Source of the DNA: an uncultured Candidatus Saccharibacteria bacterium
GTDB taxonomy: Bacteria; Patescibacteriota; Minisyncoccia; Minisyncoccales; Staskawiczbacteraceae
Reading direction: 5' to 3'
Assembly (NCBI GenBank): GCA_964424305.1
Contig: CAYRHW010000002.1
Location: 2,115-66,114 of the forward strand
DNA length: 64,000 nt
In this document: positions 62,392 to 64,000 of the stretch, in pieces
How the letters are laid out: every line of letters begins with the position of its first letter
Position numbering within the stretch: position 1 is the first letter of the stretch
Program-made: the position numbers and the translations under genes
Notes under the pieces: model-generated
Database searches by the model: none
What the model was told of the DNA's origin: nothing
The model's input: the letters and a program-made list of their open reading frames with translations, nothing else

Positions 62392-62617
62392 ATCCTAATC
62401 GATAAGGCTTAAAAGCCTAAATAATTATTAAAATATTCTCCTTCGTCTAACCCTATTAATTTTACGACTGCCTATATAACTACAAAAACCCTAAATCCTT
62501 AGGGTAACTCCCGGCTCCCTCTTCGAAAAACATTTTGAAGATTAATAGAGTCGGGTGATAAACTTTAAGTTATGAGAAAAAAAGAAAATAAGGCACCTTT
62601 TTTTGATATCTCTACTA

Positions 62618-62645
62618 ATTATAGTTATATAGATGTTTTTGTCAA
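62618..62645 (-). promoter_or_regulatory. Consensus sigma70 promoter about 225 nt upstream of rpoB
   Basis: TTGACA-16 nt-TATAAT. Confidence 0.72.
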
Positions 62646-62669
62646 TAGCTTGCAGCGGATAACACAAAT

Positions 62670-63782
62670 TTAAACCCTAACCTTCATACTTTGTAGAAGT
62701 CCAAGCCCAACAAAAGTTCCTATCAAACCAGACCCTCCATAGCTAACCAGTGGCAAATAAATACCGATCACGGGCAATAATCCTAAATTCATCCCGATGT
62801 TTATAGAAAAATGGGCAATTAGAATAATGGCAAAGCCGGAAGCAAAAAGCCTAGGGAAATTAGATGTAGCTGTAATCGCGATCCTAATTATCCGCCAGAT
62901 TAGAATAAAATAAAGGGACAACATAACTAGTACACCGACTAGGCCAAACTCTTCTGCAAAGGAGGCGAAGATAAAATCAGTATGTGGTTCTGGTAAAAAC
63001 CCGTACTGAGTTTGAGACCCTTTCGTGAATCCCTGCCCGAATATTTGTCCGGAACCTATGGCAATTTCTGCTTGGTTTTGACTCCAAGAAGAACCCAATG
63101 GATCTTTCGGGAAAAGGAAACTTGAAATCCTATCTTTCTGATAATCTTTTAATAAAAACTGCCACGAGAAACCCACCACTAAAATGGCGCAGAAACAAAG
63201 AATCAAAAAATGCTTAATTCTAATCCCGGAGATAAGTAATGTGGCCAGCCATATTATCATCAAAATTATTACCGACCCCATGTCCGGCTGGAGAAACATT
63301 AGCAGAGAGGGAATAACTACATAAATTCCAGAAAAGATGATATGCCTAAAGCTGTACATTTCTACGTGCCTCATCGAGAAATATTTCGCCAATAAAATAA
63401 TCAATATTAATTTGGCGGGCTCGATGGGGTCAAAGGAAAGCCCCCCTAATTTATACCACCCCCTCTTTCCCCTTATTTCCGGCGCTAGGAAAAAAACCCC
63501 GACCAATAGCAAAAGGGAGATAAAATACAAAATCAAAATTAGGTAGGGATTATTTCTCAATATTCTGTAATTAAAGAAACTGATGATAAACATCAGGATA
63601 AGGCCGACTACAAAGAATATTATTTGTTTTTTAAAGTTAAAAAAGTCTCCCTTCCTTAGAGAGGAACTATAGAGTGCAACCAATCCTATGCCAGCCAATA
63701 AAACAGAACAAATAATCATTGGCCAGTCCAATTTTCTAAAGTGAGCCCTTAGGGGCCTTAAAGATAAAATATCTAATAACAC
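62670..63782 (-). CDS. rodA: SEDS protein RodA/FtsW
   Basis: LQPDMGS, YQKDRI, AIGSGQIFGQG, LPEPHTDFIF, LPLVSYGGS. Confidence 0.9.
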   Translation of the reverse strand: MLLDILSLRPLRAHFRKLDWPMIICSVLLAGIGLVALYSSSLRKGDFFNFKKQIIFFVVGLILMFIISFFNYRILRNNPYLILILYFISLLLLVGVFFLAPEIRGKRGWYKLGGLSFDPIEPAKLILIILLAKYFSMRHVEMYSFRHIIFSGIYVVIPSLLMFLQPDMGSVIILMIIWLATLLISGIRIKHFLILCFCAILVVGFSWQFLLKDYQKDRISSFLFPKDPLGSSWSQNQAEIAIGSGQIFGQGFTKGSQTQYGFLPEPHTDFIFASFAEEFGLVGVLVMLSLYFILIWRIIRIAITATSNFPRLFASGFAIILIAHFSINIGMNLGLLPVIGIYLPLVSYGGSGLIGTFVGLGLLQSMKVRV

Positions 63783-63786
63783 GTTT

Positions 63787-64000
63787 TTACTTAATTAAAT
63801 TAAGAAAATCTTCTTCTCCTAGTATCTTAACGCCTAACTTTTCTGCTTTCTGCATTTTTGATCCAGGGTTCTCCCCGACCACAACAAAACTAGTATTCTT
63901 TGAAACGGATTCTGTGGCTTCGCCACCCAATTTTACAACCTCCTCTTTTGCCTGCTCCCTAGACATTGTATCTAATTCCCCAGTGAATACAAATGTTTTA
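63787..64000 (-). CDS. ligA: 3' end (BRCT domain) of NAD-dependent DNA ligase; partial, runs off the window
   Basis: Manual translation: KTFVFTGELDTMSREQAKEEVVKLGGEATESVSKNTSFVVVGENPGSKMQKAEKLGVKILGEEDFLNLIK*. Confidence 0.88.
   Translation of the reverse strand, partial: KTFVFTGELDTMSREQAKEEVVKLGGEATESVSKNTSFVVVGENPGSKMQKAEKLGVKILGEEDFLNLIK

Overview
AT-rich bacterial chromosome segment with the hallmarks of Patescibacteria/CPR, probably Parcubacteria (inferred from Lys-rich RpoD N-terminus, short ProS, SD-less AT-rich leaders and the holin-secG-oppA-like cluster). Housekeeping genes: rpoD, dnaG, proS, htpX, lemA, groESL, uvrA, secG, rnj, trpS, PMM, rpsF-ssb-rpsR, recA, ftsK, pgeF, rpoBC, rodA and the 3' end of ligA. 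There are three tRNAs; tRNA-Asn(GUU) is split inside its anticodon by a 217-nt group I intron. An accessory tract at about 11.6-41.2 kb holds the most interesting biology. (i) Two tandem atypical sigma-70 factors (FSTYACRAI). (ii) Two paralogous cassettes, each a giant (3992/3358 aa) protein with a TM segment near each end, conserved termini and an unrelated adhesin-like middle, followed by small SFEDRLxLENAVR partner proteins. (iii) A PEP-CTERM-tailed cysteine peptidase-like gene between the cassettes. The two sigma genes and the PEP-CTERM gene share a boxA-like plus purine-rich SD leader that I did not see on the housekeeping genes I inspected. All family assignments are by eye from motifs; no searches were run.
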